A DNA stretch of 64,000 nucleotides from Candidatus Latescibacterota bacterium (GCA_965208105.1 OZ242318.1:288001-352000); one strand, 5' to 3'. Numbered from the stretch's first letter, positions 26,872 to 36,745 are shown. Numbers and translations: made by a program. The notes: generated from the letters alone by a model not told the origin.

Positions 26872-28209
26872 TTAAAATTGGAATCCCAGACCCAGGCCGA
26901 GGGTGTTTTCCGGGTTGAAGCGGGCGGCGCCCAGCCGCCGCATGGCGTAGTCGGCCTTGAGAATCAGGGCGTTTTGAAGGTTGTAGTTGACGCCGATGGT
27001 ATAGACACGGCGCTGGAATCGAGGATTGTCGAAGGTTTCAGCCGGCACCGAGGCCATGCTGTCGTAGGCGTCCAGGCGCAGGAAAACATCCAGACCCCGC
27101 TGGGGGGCAGGCCTCAGCAAGGGCAGCAGGTCATAGCCAATTTCGAGGAAGGCGGCGTAAGCTCCCCGGGCTACCGGTGAGCGCAGGACGTCCAGGTTGT
27201 TCGACAGGGTGCGGTTGCGGGCGCTGACCACCGCGGCGTTTTGAAGGTGTCCGTAGAGGTAGAGTCCTCGCGCCCGCAGCCCCCCGAGGGTCAGCGTTCC
27301 GTGCACGTCGACGATGGTGACGTGGGCGTCGACTCCCTCCATGTCGGGCTTGGGACGGTTGTCGGCGCTGTCGCCGCGATAGGCTGAAATCCCCAGTTGG
27401 CCCAGGGAAGCGATTTCGTAGTCCAGGCGCCCGACCCAGGCCAGATTGGTGGCCTGCACGGTCTCGAAGCGCTTCTGGTGGCCGCCCGCGACCCAGTGCT
27501 GGGAGCTGAAACCGGTGGCGTCCAGGCCGTTGACAAGCTGCAGCTGGTAGCGCCAAGCTCCATAGGCACCGGAGACCTCGGCCCCGGTTTCATGCCACAG
27601 GGCGGGGATGATCGTGGTTTCAGCTTCGGAGCGGCGGGTGCTGAAGAATGAAGAGGGAAGGTAGTTATGGCTCAATTGGCCGACGGCGACGTAGAAATGC
27701 CCCAGCCGCAGGCGGAAAGCATCGGTGAAGGTGCGCTTGACGGCCAGTTCCTCGACCACGACCTCCCCCCCTTTTTCGATTTCCTGCTCGAACTCGCCGA
27801 ACTCCTCGAACTCCAGCTCCAGGGCGGCGCCGCTGCCGCCGTGCTCGAATTCCACCTCGGCCTCGAGTTCGGTGCGGTCGAGCAGCTCCACCTCCAGCTC
27901 AAGGGCGAGGCGGGTGATGTCCATGGTGGCGCGGCTGTCGGGTGATGAGCCTTTCGGACCGCTTTTCTGATCGGGGCCGTAATCGTAATGAGAATAATGA
28001 AGTTCCCCGTAGCCTTCGAGATGAACCCGGGGATATTCTGATGCCTGGGAGCGGAAATAAGTTGATGCGATGAGGAAAACTACAAGAAGTAACAAACAGC
28101 GGCTCAGTCGGTTATAACATGTATGACACAAATTGCATATGGCAATCCTTAGACAAGTATACAAAACATTAATTTGCTTAGCAATACTTTTGTTTGGTTT
28201 ACCAAACAT
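26872..28209 (-). CDS. Outer-membrane porin/beta-barrel associated with imelysin iron uptake
   Basis: Signal peptide; EGYGELHY, EVEFEHGG, acidic ELEFEEFGEFEQEIEKGGE, IPALWHETG; C-terminal GLGFQF. True start uncertain (28095-28209). Confidence 0.8.
   Translation of the reverse strand: MFGKPNKSIAKQINVLYTCLRIAICNLCHTCYNRLSRCLLLLVVFLIASTYFRSQASEYPRVHLEGYGELHYSHYDYGPDQKSGPKGSSPDSRATMDITRLALELEVELLDRTELEAEVEFEHGGSGAALELEFEEFGEFEQEIEKGGEVVVEELAVKRTFTDAFRLRLGHFYVAVGQLSHNYLPSSFFSTRRSEAETTIIPALWHETGAEVSGAYGAWRYQLQLVNGLDATGFSSQHWVAGGHQKRFETVQATNLAWVGRLDYEIASLGQLGISAYRGDSADNRPKPDMEGVDAHVTIVDVHGTLTLGGLRARGLYLYGHLQNAAVVSARNRTLSNNLDVLRSPVARGAYAAFLEIGYDLLPLLRPAPQRGLDVFLRLDAYDSMASVPAETFDNPRFQRRVYTIGVNYNLQNALILKADYAMRRLGAARFNPENTLGLGLGFQF
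28132..28208. promoter_or_regulatory. AT-rich region with three palindromes, candidate metal-responsive operator sites
   Basis: TGTTTGGT-TT-ACCAAACA (28191-28208), ATTGC-N5-GCAAT (28132-28146) and TTGC-TTA-GCAA (28174-28184) at the head of the iron gene cluster. Confidence 0.5.
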
Positions 28210-28322
28210 GTCGAATGATTTGGCCTTCTCTCGAGGGTATGGCCCTGTCCTTGTGTTGTCTGGTGAAAGGGAGGCAGATGAGCTTTCCCGCGGCAGGGTG
28301 CGGGGCGGGTTCCCTCGTCCGG

Positions 28323-29510
28323 TCAGGGGACCCCGTGTCCGGCGGCGAATTCCGCCGCGTCGTCGACGCTGCAAAGCGGCCTTCCGCCGAGGGCCAGCTC
28401 GAAGCGGCGGCCCTCCAGGCGCGAGCTGAGTTCGGCTGCGTTGGCCACCAGCAGTGTCTTCCACCCTACCTCGGGTCCGAGGTCGAAGGGGGTGCCTCCG
28501 CGGACTTGCCGCGCGAATGCGTCCAGCTCCGCCGCGTAGGCAGTGGCGTAGCGCGGGTAGAAGTCGGGGTGCCGCGGCTCCGGCCTGCGCATTGGAAACT
28601 TGCGTTGGGCTTCCAGGGTGCCGCGGGGCAGGGGACTGCGGCCGGTGCCGCGCCACAGCCTGGCGCCGACCTCGCCGAAATCGCCGCTGAACTCGCCCAC
28701 GTCGATGCGGCCTTCGCTGCCGATCAGCTTGAACCCGTTGTCGTAACCGGTGGCGTTGATCCGCGAGCCCCAGAGATGGGCGACGGAGTGGTCCGCCCAG
28801 GTGCAGAAGACGTGGACGATGTTGGCCCCTTCCCGGGCCCGGTCTTCGTAGTGCGGGGCCATGAAACGCAGGGCCTGCACGTAGCGGGGCAGCTCGAAGG
28901 ACCTGAAGCTCATGGCTTCGAAGACCAGGTGGATGGCCATATCCGCGGTGATGCCACAGCTCTGGTAGTCCGGCGGCGTGGGATTCTTGTCCTGGAGCAC
29001 GTGGTGGCTCTGTTGCAGGAGGCCGATACTGCCTTTCGCCACCCACTCCCCGGCGGCCTGCGCCGGCGGATCGTAGTAGCGCTGCAGCGCCACCTGCACC
29101 AGGTGGGGGCCGTCCGCGCCCAGTTCCTTGACGTATTGCACGGCTTCGGCCACGGAATGGGCCATGGGCTTCTCCACCATCACGGGAATGCCCCGGCTGG
29201 TGAAGGCCCCGCTGTCGGCGGCGTGGTCCTCGGTGCGCGACGCTACCACCACCCCGTCCAGCGGGAGAGCGGCGGCCATTTCCCCGGGGTCCTCGAACCG
29301 GGCGGGCCGAGGTGCGGGCCCTGGGCCCATCTCCTCGTTCACCGCCGCAAAGGCCGCCGAGCGCACCGAATCGAGGCGGTCCCCCAGCGCCACCAGTTCT
29401 ATCGTGCCTTCCCGGACCATGCGCAACAGGTTCTCCAGGTGCACCCGGCCCATGCGGCCGACACCGAAGATTCCCATTCGCAGTGGTTCCATCTCTCCCT
29501 TGCGGGACAC
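28323..29510 (-). CDS. Gfo/Idh/MocA oxidoreductase (IolG/inositol dehydrogenase-like)
   Basis: GIFGVGRMG, MVEKPM, QRYYDP and DMAIHL. Confidence 0.85.
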   Translation of the reverse strand: MSRKGEMEPLRMGIFGVGRMGRVHLENLLRMVREGTIELVALGDRLDSVRSAAFAAVNEEMGPGPAPRPARFEDPGEMAAALPLDGVVVASRTEDHAADSGAFTSRGIPVMVEKPMAHSVAEAVQYVKELGADGPHLVQVALQRYYDPPAQAAGEWVAKGSIGLLQQSHHVLQDKNPTPPDYQSCGITADMAIHLVFEAMSFRSFELPRYVQALRFMAPHYEDRAREGANIVHVFCTWADHSVAHLWGSRINATGYDNGFKLIGSEGRIDVGEFSGDFGEVGARLWRGTGRSPLPRGTLEAQRKFPMRRPEPRHPDFYPRYATAYAAELDAFARQVRGGTPFDLGPEVGWKTLLVANAAELSSRLEGRRFELALGGRPLCSVDDAAEFAAGHGVP

Positions 29511-29801
29511 TCTTTCCTCCGGTTTTCAGTGCCGATGCGGTCGGGGACGCGCCGCCCCCGGTGGCTGCCTGCCTGACAAACCTACCACATCCGCGCTGCC
29601 CCGCCAGGCAGCCGCACTGCCCATCCTCCGCGTCCGCGTCGAGGCTTGCGGCTGGCGCCCATTTGAGTGTTGCCTGCATCCGGCATTTATATTTTCTTCT
29701 CGGCTGCCTGGCACCCCGGGCGCCGAGGAGATGCGGCTACCCCGGATCCGGTCTCCCGGGCAGCCCCCGCCCATCAATCTCTAGTAAGGAGGACAGCGCC
29801 G

Positions 29802-30491
29802 ATGAACCTGGTTTTCGTAGGATGCGAGTACGCCGGCAAGTCGACCATCGCGGCCAGAGTCATGGAGTGGGCCGAGGAGACCCTGGGAGGAACGAGCCAT
29901 TTCCACGATCACATGAGTGTTCCCTCGAGCGAGCTGACCCCCGAAGCCCAGGATTCCCTGGCGCAGGTGCATCCCCAGGTCCTGGAAATGTTCCAGCGCT
30001 ACATGATCGACTACCACGTCTCCGAGGGCTTTTACGGCAACGAGGACCACAACCTGATGGGGCTGGTAATAGAGGAGGCGGTGTACGCGCCGCTGTACTA
30101 CGGCTATGGAGGCCGGGACAGCGCGGCGCCGGAGCGCAGCCCGGAGGGACAGCGCACCAAGATGGCGCGGATGATCGAGGCCACCATGCTGGAGCGGGGT
30201 CCGGGGACCGTGCAGGTGCTGTTCAAGGCGGCGCCGGAGGTGATCAAGGCGCGGATGGCGGCTGCGCCGCACCGGCACCAGCTGGTGCGGGAGGAGGACG
30301 TGGAGCAGGTGCTCGAGCGCTTCGAGGAGGAGTTCGCGGCCTCCCTGATCCAGCGCCGGTTCGTGCTGGATACCACGGCGGCGACGGAGGAGGAGACCAT
30401 GGCGGAGTTCGTGGCCAGGTACGAGCCCTTTCACACCGAAGCCGACCGCGAACGCATGCGCCGCCGCAGGGAGGCTGCAGGGCAGGGGTGA
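29802..30491 (+). CDS. P-loop nucleoside monophosphate kinase-like protein
   Basis: N-terminal Walker A VFVGCEYAGKST; APEVIKARM lid-like segment; RBS TAAGGAGG. Confidence 0.65.
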   Translation: MNLVFVGCEYAGKSTIAARVMEWAEETLGGTSHFHDHMSVPSSELTPEAQDSLAQVHPQVLEMFQRYMIDYHVSEGFYGNEDHNLMGLVIEEAVYAPLYYGYGGRDSAAPERSPEGQRTKMARMIEATMLERGPGTVQVLFKAAPEVIKARMAAAPHRHQLVREEDVEQVLERFEEEFAASLIQRRFVLDTTAATEEETMAEFVARYEPFHTEADRERMRRRREAAGQG

Positions 30492-30672
30492 TCAGAGCGC
30501 CCCGGTCTCTGTCTTCCCGCCCCCTTCCCGCTGCCTGCAACGGCCTGTCGGCCCAATCCGTAGAGGCGAACACCGGAGATTCGGATTCTCCGCCGGGTCC
30601 ACTACTCCCTGGATATGAAGAGGGCTGCCCGATCTGCCGGGCAACCCAGGGAAAATCACAACGCCGGAGCAG

Positions 30673-31959
30673 ATGATGAATTTCAAGTTGTTCGACGTGG
30701 ATGCGCACGCCCCCGATGCGCAGGACGTTGCGGTGGTCGAACCCTGGCGCCACATCGTCGTCGACCCCGACCACGCCGCCGCCTGGATGGTGGCCGGAGA
30801 CGTGGACGGCGACGGGGAGATGGAGATAGTGGGTGCCCGCAATCGCCGCGACACGGACGGTCACTTCGTCACCGCGGTGAGCGCCCACAAACTCGACGGA
30901 ACCCGCCTGTGGAGCTGGGGAACGCCGGGAGCGGGACATCCCGAGCTTGGCTACGACGTCGCCTGCCAGCTCTATGACTGGGACGGAGACGGCAATCTGG
31001 AGGTCGTATTCGCCACCGCGGATCATCTCGTCGAGCTCGACGGCGCGACCGGCGAGGAGAGGGGGCGCTTCCCCATCCCCCCCGGGGCATTCGACTGCGT
31101 CGTCTTCGCCAACCTCAGCGGCGGCGAGCACCCCGCCGAGGTGCTGGTGAAGACCCGCTACCGCCAGATCTGGGCTTTCGACCGGCAGGGAAAGGAGCTG
31201 TGGACCATCAAGGACCCGGTGCGCCACCGCACCGCGCACCAGCCCTTTCCGGTGGATATCGACGGAGACGGGCGCGACGAGCTGGTGGCCGGCTATGTCC
31301 TGCTGAATCCCACCGGAACGGTGCGCTGGCAGATGCGCGGACTGGGACTGGAGTACCTCACCGAGGACGGCGGCCATCTCGACTGCGCCCGCGTACTGCG
31401 CCGGGGAGATACCCCTGCCGACACCTACCTGGCCGTCACCGGCTGCGGCCACAACTTCATGGCCGCGGTGGACGGCGAAGGCGAGGCGGTCTGGAATCTG
31501 GACGGCCCCCACTTCGAATCCATCGACATCGGCAATGTCTGCCCGGACGTTCCCGGCGCGCAGATCGTCGTGGACCTGGCCCACGTGGAGTGCGATGACG
31601 AGCCCCTCTGGGTAGTCCACGAAAACGGCGAGGTGCTGGGGCAGATCATGACCCGCGGCAGCAGATTTCACTTCCTCGTCGACTGGGACGGTTCGGGAGT
31701 CGAGTCAATTCTGATCGGGCACATTGCCGCCCTCTTCGACGGCAGCGGCCGCAAGGTGGCGCGCTTCCAGACCCCCGCCTCCTGGCCCTCTAACAAGTCC
31801 ATATGCCACTGCGGCGACATGACCGGAGACGGCGTCCCCGATGTCGTCCTGAGCAACCCCACCGGCTCGGAGATATGCGTATACCGCAACGAGAAGGGCG
31901 GGCCGCCGCCCTCCCCGCCCGTTCGCCATTTCAGCCGGGTCAACTACACCCTCTACTGA
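30673..31959 (+). CDS. FG-GAP/VCBS beta-propeller protein, rhamnogalacturonan lyase (PL11)-like
   Basis: Repeated Ca-binding DxDGDG motifs (DVDGDGEME, DWDGDGNLE, DIDGDGRDE, DMTGDGVPD) and GGHLD; no signal peptide. Confidence 0.65.
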   Translation: MMNFKLFDVDAHAPDAQDVAVVEPWRHIVVDPDHAAAWMVAGDVDGDGEMEIVGARNRRDTDGHFVTAVSAHKLDGTRLWSWGTPGAGHPELGYDVACQLYDWDGDGNLEVVFATADHLVELDGATGEERGRFPIPPGAFDCVVFANLSGGEHPAEVLVKTRYRQIWAFDRQGKELWTIKDPVRHRTAHQPFPVDIDGDGRDELVAGYVLLNPTGTVRWQMRGLGLEYLTEDGGHLDCARVLRRGDTPADTYLAVTGCGHNFMAAVDGEGEAVWNLDGPHFESIDIGNVCPDVPGAQIVVDLAHVECDDEPLWVVHENGEVLGQIMTRGSRFHFLVDWDGSGVESILIGHIAALFDGSGRKVARFQTPASWPSNKSICHCGDMTGDGVPDVVLSNPTGSEICVYRNEKGGPPPSPPVRHFSRVNYTLY

Positions 31960-31998
31960 GCGCGGGACCGTTTCGGCGGCCAAGCAAAGGAGAACGCG

Positions 31999-32280
31999 AT
32001 GAAGGACAGGGAGCAAGGCGCCCGATGCGACATCTGCGGCGAAGAATCCGAAGAAGAGGTCCCCATCACATTCTACCCGGTGAAACACGAAGACCGGCCG
32101 GCCGATCTGTATCGGGCCCTGGTCCGCTTTGAGAAGGTCGACTACGGGGAGGAGGGACTCGTCCGCCTGGGAGATGCGCGCATCTGCCTGCGCTGCTTTC
32201 TCATGCGCTGCATCGACAAGTTGCCGCGCAACGAGGCGCGGCTGACCTACCGGGACGGGCACCACGCCTACGAGGAATGA
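31999..32280 (+). CDS. Small hypothetical protein with CxxC...CxxC (possible Zn finger)
   Basis: RBS AAGGAG; CDIC and CLRC. Confidence 0.6.
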   Translation: MKDREQGARCDICGEESEEEVPITFYPVKHEDRPADLYRALVRFEKVDYGEEGLVRLGDARICLRCFLMRCIDKLPRNEARLTYRDGHHAYEE

Positions 32281-32325
32281 GCGGGCGGGGCGGGTTTTCG
32301 GCAATTGACATAAAGGAGAAGAGAG

Positions 32326-33168
32326 ATGAGCCGGTTGCGACTGGTGGAGGAGGACCTGCGCTTCAAGTTTTACTTCGACGGACAGTTCTGCCTGGCCTAC
32401 AACAAGGGGCATTTGAATCTGGGAGACTTCTACCTGTCGCGGCCCAATTTCTTTCCGGTCTATTCCCCCAGCGGCCGGCAGGTAACCACCAATTGCGCCT
32501 ACCGCTACAACCACCACAAGTCCATCTTCATCGGCCACGCCAAGGTCAACGGCATAAACTTCTTCCACGACAACAATCACACCCGCGGCGATTTGGGAGA
32601 CATCGAACTGGTGCAGGCCGAGGGTGAAACCGGCGGTTCCAGCATCCGGCTGCGCACCGAGAACAGGTGGGTCGCCAAGCAGGGGACCCACGTCCTGCAG
32701 GAACAGCGGGATATTTCATGGACCCCCGGGCAGCGCGTCCACGTCCTCGACATTTCCAGCTCCCTCGTTCCCCAGGTGGATGAAGTCGTTTTCGACCAGG
32801 ACAGCCACTCCTACATCGGGGTGCGGGTCGCCGACACGATGGATGTGGAGGACGGCGGCCGCCTGCTCAACTCCAGGGGCCAGGCAGACGAGGAGGAGAC
32901 CATGGGAGAGTGCGCCGACTGGCTGGACTACAGCGGGACCGTGGCCGGCCGTTCGGTGGGCGTTACTCTCATGGCCCATCCCTCCAATCCTCCCTCACCT
33001 TTCTTCACCCGCGACTACGGCACCATGCTCTCGAATTTCACCTTGCTGGAGCCCTATGTGCTAAAAGGGGACGAGACCCTGGTGCAGCGTTTCCGCCTCC
33101 TCGTGCACGAGGGCGCCGCCGATGCCGGAGAGATCGGCCGCTACCATGCCCGTTTCGCAGATTCCTGA
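32326..33168 (+). CDS. DUF6807 / 'PmoA-like' family protein (sugar-acid catabolism associated)
   Basis: RPNFFPVYSPSG, YNHHKSIFIGH, ADWLDYSG and HPSNPPSPFFTRDYG; RBS AAGGAG. Confidence 0.75.
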   Translation: MSRLRLVEEDLRFKFYFDGQFCLAYNKGHLNLGDFYLSRPNFFPVYSPSGRQVTTNCAYRYNHHKSIFIGHAKVNGINFFHDNNHTRGDLGDIELVQAEGETGGSSIRLRTENRWVAKQGTHVLQEQRDISWTPGQRVHVLDISSSLVPQVDEVVFDQDSHSYIGVRVADTMDVEDGGRLLNSRGQADEEETMGECADWLDYSGTVAGRSVGVTLMAHPSNPPSPFFTRDYGTMLSNFTLLEPYVLKGDETLVQRFRLLVHEGAADAGEIGRYHARFADS

Positions 33169-33252
33169 AGGTCGTTGCGGTCATGGACCGGTCCTTTCGC
33201 CATTGCCTGGGTTGCCGGCCATCTCGCAAAGCAGGGAAGGAAGAAAATTGAA

Positions 33253-33987
33253 ATGCCCGAAAAACCGCTGAAGCAGAAGATGCGCGCCGGCGAGACGGTG
33301 GTGGGGGTGGTCATACCCTGCGCCATCGACCGCGTGGGTTTCCAGCGGATTATGGACCGGGGTCCGTACGAATTCGTCTCCGTCGACAGCCAGCATTCGG
33401 CGCTGAGTGAAAACGGTCTGGTGGACCTGTGCGCCCTGGCCGGCGAGTTCGGCATTCCCGTCCAGTTTCGCATCAAGCACACCCGCAATACCTACCTGAT
33501 CGGCAATTATCTGGACCTGGGTCCGGCGGGCGTGGAGGTTCCCCAGGTCGAGATGGAGGGGACCGTCGACGAGGCCATCGAGTACTTCTACTATCCGCCG
33601 GCAGGCGTGCGCAGCGTGGGCGGCGGCGCCCGCTTGAGGGTGGGGGAATTCGCCGATCCATTCGACTATGCCGAGTGGTGGAACGGCCATGGCCTCCTGT
33701 GGATGCAGCTGGAGTCGGTACAGGCGGTGGAAAAGGTGTTCTGTCTGGCCAAGGAGGGCGTCGATTGCGTATCTTTCGGCCCGACCGACCTGAGCTTCGA
33801 TTTGAGGAACCATCCTCACCCGCGTCTCGAGACCGTGGATGATTGCGTGCGCAGCGTGGTGAGTACCCTGGAAGATGTTCCGGTGGCGGTCTGCTTCCGT
33901 ACCTACAGCCCCGACCGCAGGCAGCGATACCTGGACATGGGGGTAGGGGTCATCCTCGAGCATCACCAGCATCTCGGGCTGCCGTGA
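33253..33987 (+). CDS. HpcH/HpaI class II aldolase family protein
   Basis: VDSQH, LDLGPAGVEVPQV, YYPPAGVRSVG, MQLES and FGPTDLS. Confidence 0.85.
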   Translation: MPEKPLKQKMRAGETVVGVVIPCAIDRVGFQRIMDRGPYEFVSVDSQHSALSENGLVDLCALAGEFGIPVQFRIKHTRNTYLIGNYLDLGPAGVEVPQVEMEGTVDEAIEYFYYPPAGVRSVGGGARLRVGEFADPFDYAEWWNGHGLLWMQLESVQAVEKVFCLAKEGVDCVSFGPTDLSFDLRNHPHPRLETVDDCVRSVVSTLEDVPVAVCFRTYSPDRRQRYLDMGVGVILEHHQHLGLP

Positions 33988-34114
33988 CTGGGGCCGCCGT
34001 CCCGGCGCCTAGACCTGCAGCCTGCCTGGCTCTTCCGGCCGCGGGCAGCCATGCCGGCGATAGTTCCCGGGGTCATTGCCGGGGAGGAGTTGATCAATCA
34101 GGGAGGAGCTGATC

Positions 34115-34756
34115 ATGAGGAGAGTGATTGCATCGGTCCTTGGGCCGGCTCTGTTCGGCCTCGTCGTCTGCGCCGGACAGCCCGCCCGGGCGGACTTGTC
34201 CGTCTTCGTGGGCAGGGTCAGTTTCGACGACGATGCCCACCTCGAGGGCGGCCCGGGGCTGGGGGCGCGCATGGGAAAGTCGGGGCGCCTCTGGGGAGGG
34301 GAAACCGCGCTGCTGATCGCCCGCCCTGAGCGCCGGCTCGATGGCACGAAGGAGACGGCCACCGCATTGTTCTACGAGGGCCGCTTCGCGGTCAACATTC
34401 CCGCCGGCCGCTTCATCCCCTTTCTCGGGTTGGGTTTGGGCGCCGTTACGGTGACCTCGACCACTGTTCCCGAAGGCGGCGACGATGCAAGGGTCGAGGC
34501 CCTGAAGGCCATAGCGGACCTGCAGACCAATAGTTCCCTGAGCTATGGGGGAGGGATCAAATACGCCCTCAACGAGTACCTGGAACTGAGGGCGGACCTC
34601 CGGCAGTACCTGGTCTTTTCGGTGCGCGGGCTGGCCGCCCGCGAGTTGCAGCGCCGGGCCGAGGCGCGGGCGGGAGTGGATTTGCCCGACGAGCTCACCG
34701 AGGACAGCACCGTCCAGTACGGTGAGCTGAGCCTGGGACTCGGATTCAGATTCTGA
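34115..34756 (+). CDS. Outer-membrane beta-barrel protein (OmpA/OMP_b-brl-like)
   Basis: Signal peptide; PFLGLGLG, YGGGIKY and LRADLR; C-terminal LGFRF. Confidence 0.8.
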   Translation: MRRVIASVLGPALFGLVVCAGQPARADLSVFVGRVSFDDDAHLEGGPGLGARMGKSGRLWGGETALLIARPERRLDGTKETATALFYEGRFAVNIPAGRFIPFLGLGLGAVTVTSTTVPEGGDDARVEALKAIADLQTNSSLSYGGGIKYALNEYLELRADLRQYLVFSVRGLAARELQRRAEARAGVDLPDELTEDSTVQYGELSLGLGFRF

Positions 34757-34766
34757 TGTGGGGGCG

Positions 34767-36047
34767 ATGAATTTCTTTCGCTGGCGCGGCAGGCGGTCGG
34801 ACCTCCAGCAGGGGCGAACCGCATTCCAGTTTACCGAGGCGGTCTCGGAGGAGGAGCTCTTCGACGCCGCAACCGTACTGCTGGACCTGGAGGAGAGCGG
34901 AGACCTCGAGGAGGTCCTCGGGGTGCTCGACAGTTGCCTGGAGAAAATCCAGCAGCAGGGCAAGGAAGCGAAGGTGCACCGGCTCGTCGCCAGGGTCGAG
35001 GAGGAGTTCCAGCAGAGGCCGGTGGGACCCCACCAACTCGCCCAGCTGGCCGCGGTGTACCAGCGTCTCGAGGAGGGGGACAGGTCCTCCTGCCTTCATC
35101 GCGCCCTCGGCTTGTCGGTGGAAGCATTGCGCCGCTACCGGGAGGCAGGCGCGCGCCGGGGGGCAGCGATCGTCCTCAACAACTTGGGGGTTGTCTACAA
35201 CGAACTGGGAGCTTCCAGTCCCCAGTTTTTTCAAAAGGCCATACCCGCTCTTGAGGAAGCTCTGCGGTTCTACCAGGAGGAGAACGAGGCCGACTGCCAG
35301 CTTTCCATCTACATGTCTCTGGGGGATGCCTATGCCGGGCTCGAGGAACCCGGGCCGGACCACCTCGAGCTTGCGCTGGAGTACTACGACCGGGTCTGGA
35401 GTCTGTCCGGGCAGTCCGGGGCCAGACTCGAGCAGGCCGCGGCCATGGGACGCCTGGGTGAGGTTCAACTTCAACTCGGGGCCTATTTCGGAGATGAGGC
35501 CCTGGCCAAGGCGGAGAACCATTTTCGCGAATCCTTGAACATCTACGTCGAGGAGCAGAAGCCCTCGGACTGCGCCTACTACCAGACCTGCCTGGCAGAG
35601 GTCTACCTGGCTCTCTCCAAGTCCGACAAGGAGTACCTGATCCAGGCCCTGCACGCCTACGAGGGGGCGCTGGAGTTCTACGAGAAGGCATCCGACAGAG
35701 TCCATGTGGCCGATACCTGCATGGAGATGGCCCGCCTGCATCAGGACCTCAGGGACAGGGATCAGGGAGGGCATCTCTCTTCAGCCGTGGAGCTCTACTT
35801 CAAGGCCATGAGGATCAACCAGGATCTGGGCCGCGACGCCGAGCGGGGAGTCGCTCTGCAGGAGCTTGCCCTCATCTATCTGGATGCGGGCGCCGGCAGC
35901 GCCTCGGCTGACGTCGCCCAGGCCATGCGCTGCCTCGAGTCGGCGGCCGAGGCCTTCGAGGAGGCCGACCTGAAGGACGAGTACAGGACGGTGGTTGAGC
36001 AGTTGGAGCAGGTCAGGCGGTTCTTCGCCCCTCCGCCTCCGTCCTGA
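34767..36047 (+). CDS. Tetratricopeptide repeat protein
   Basis: Repeated helical TPR units, e.g. AIVLNNLGVVY...AIPALEEALRFY and MSLGDAY...ALEYY. Confidence 0.8.
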   Translation: MNFFRWRGRRSDLQQGRTAFQFTEAVSEEELFDAATVLLDLEESGDLEEVLGVLDSCLEKIQQQGKEAKVHRLVARVEEEFQQRPVGPHQLAQLAAVYQRLEEGDRSSCLHRALGLSVEALRRYREAGARRGAAIVLNNLGVVYNELGASSPQFFQKAIPALEEALRFYQEENEADCQLSIYMSLGDAYAGLEEPGPDHLELALEYYDRVWSLSGQSGARLEQAAAMGRLGEVQLQLGAYFGDEALAKAENHFRESLNIYVEEQKPSDCAYYQTCLAEVYLALSKSDKEYLIQALHAYEGALEFYEKASDRVHVADTCMEMARLHQDLRDRDQGGHLSSAVELYFKAMRINQDLGRDAERGVALQELALIYLDAGAGSASADVAQAMRCLESAAEAFEEADLKDEYRTVVEQLEQVRRFFAPPPPS

Positions 36048-36089
36048 TCCTGCATTCCTGCAGCCGAAATCAAGGAGGACAAACCCGGG

Positions 36090-36734
36090 ATGCCCGCCGG
36101 CAGGGAGGTTCGTTCAGGTGAGTTGCCGCCGGCCTCGAACGGGAGCAGGGCGGACCGCCGCGGCAGGGAGATCGTCGTTGTTTCCGGACTGCCCCGGTGC
36201 GGAACCTCCATGATGATGAGGATGCTGGAAGCCGGCGGCCACCCGGTGCTCACGGACCACCTGAGGGGGCCGGACGCGGACAACCCGGGCGGCTACTACG
36301 AGTTCGAGCCGGTCAAGAAAATCGGTGAGAGTGCAGACTGGCTGGGACGGGCCTCCGGCCAGGCGGTCAAGATCATCTCCAGGCTGCTATTCCAGCTGCC
36401 GGCGGGGTTCCACTACAGGGTCATCTTCATGCGGAGAAGCATGGACGAGGTCCTGGCTTCCCAGCGCTGCATGCTTGCCAGGAGGGGACAGCCGGTTCGC
36501 CCCGAGGAGGACGAGGCCATGGGGCGGTTGTTCCGCCGGCATCTGGAGGAAGTGGAACGCTGGTTGCGAGTCCAGGAGGGTATCGAGACCCTCCGGGTCA
36601 GCTACAACGAGACTCTGAAATTTCCACTTGAGCAGGCTCGAAGGGTAAATGGATTCCTCGGCGGCCGGCTCGATCCGGCAAGGATGGCCGCCGTGGTCGA
36701 CATGACCCTTTACCGCCAGCGCAGCAAACCATGA
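36090..36734 (+). CDS. PAPS-dependent sulfotransferase family protein
   Basis: 5'-PSB loop VVSGLPRCGTSMMM, DNPGGYYE and VIFMRR. Confidence 0.85.
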   Translation: MPAGREVRSGELPPASNGSRADRRGREIVVVSGLPRCGTSMMMRMLEAGGHPVLTDHLRGPDADNPGGYYEFEPVKKIGESADWLGRASGQAVKIISRLLFQLPAGFHYRVIFMRRSMDEVLASQRCMLARRGQPVRPEEDEAMGRLFRRHLEEVERWLRVQEGIETLRVSYNETLKFPLEQARRVNGFLGGRLDPARMAAVVDMTLYRQRSKP

Positions 36735-36745
36735 GGAGACATGCC

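Noticed and set aside
26872-29679. 935-aa ORF suggesting a giant porin fusion
   Set aside because: The N-terminal ~490 aa is an off-frame read through the oxidoreductase gene; only the part from about 28209 or later looks like a porin.
32326-33168. Methane monooxygenase, from the 'PmoA' family label
   Set aside because: Soluble protein with no TM helices and no pmoCB; the family label is a misnomer.
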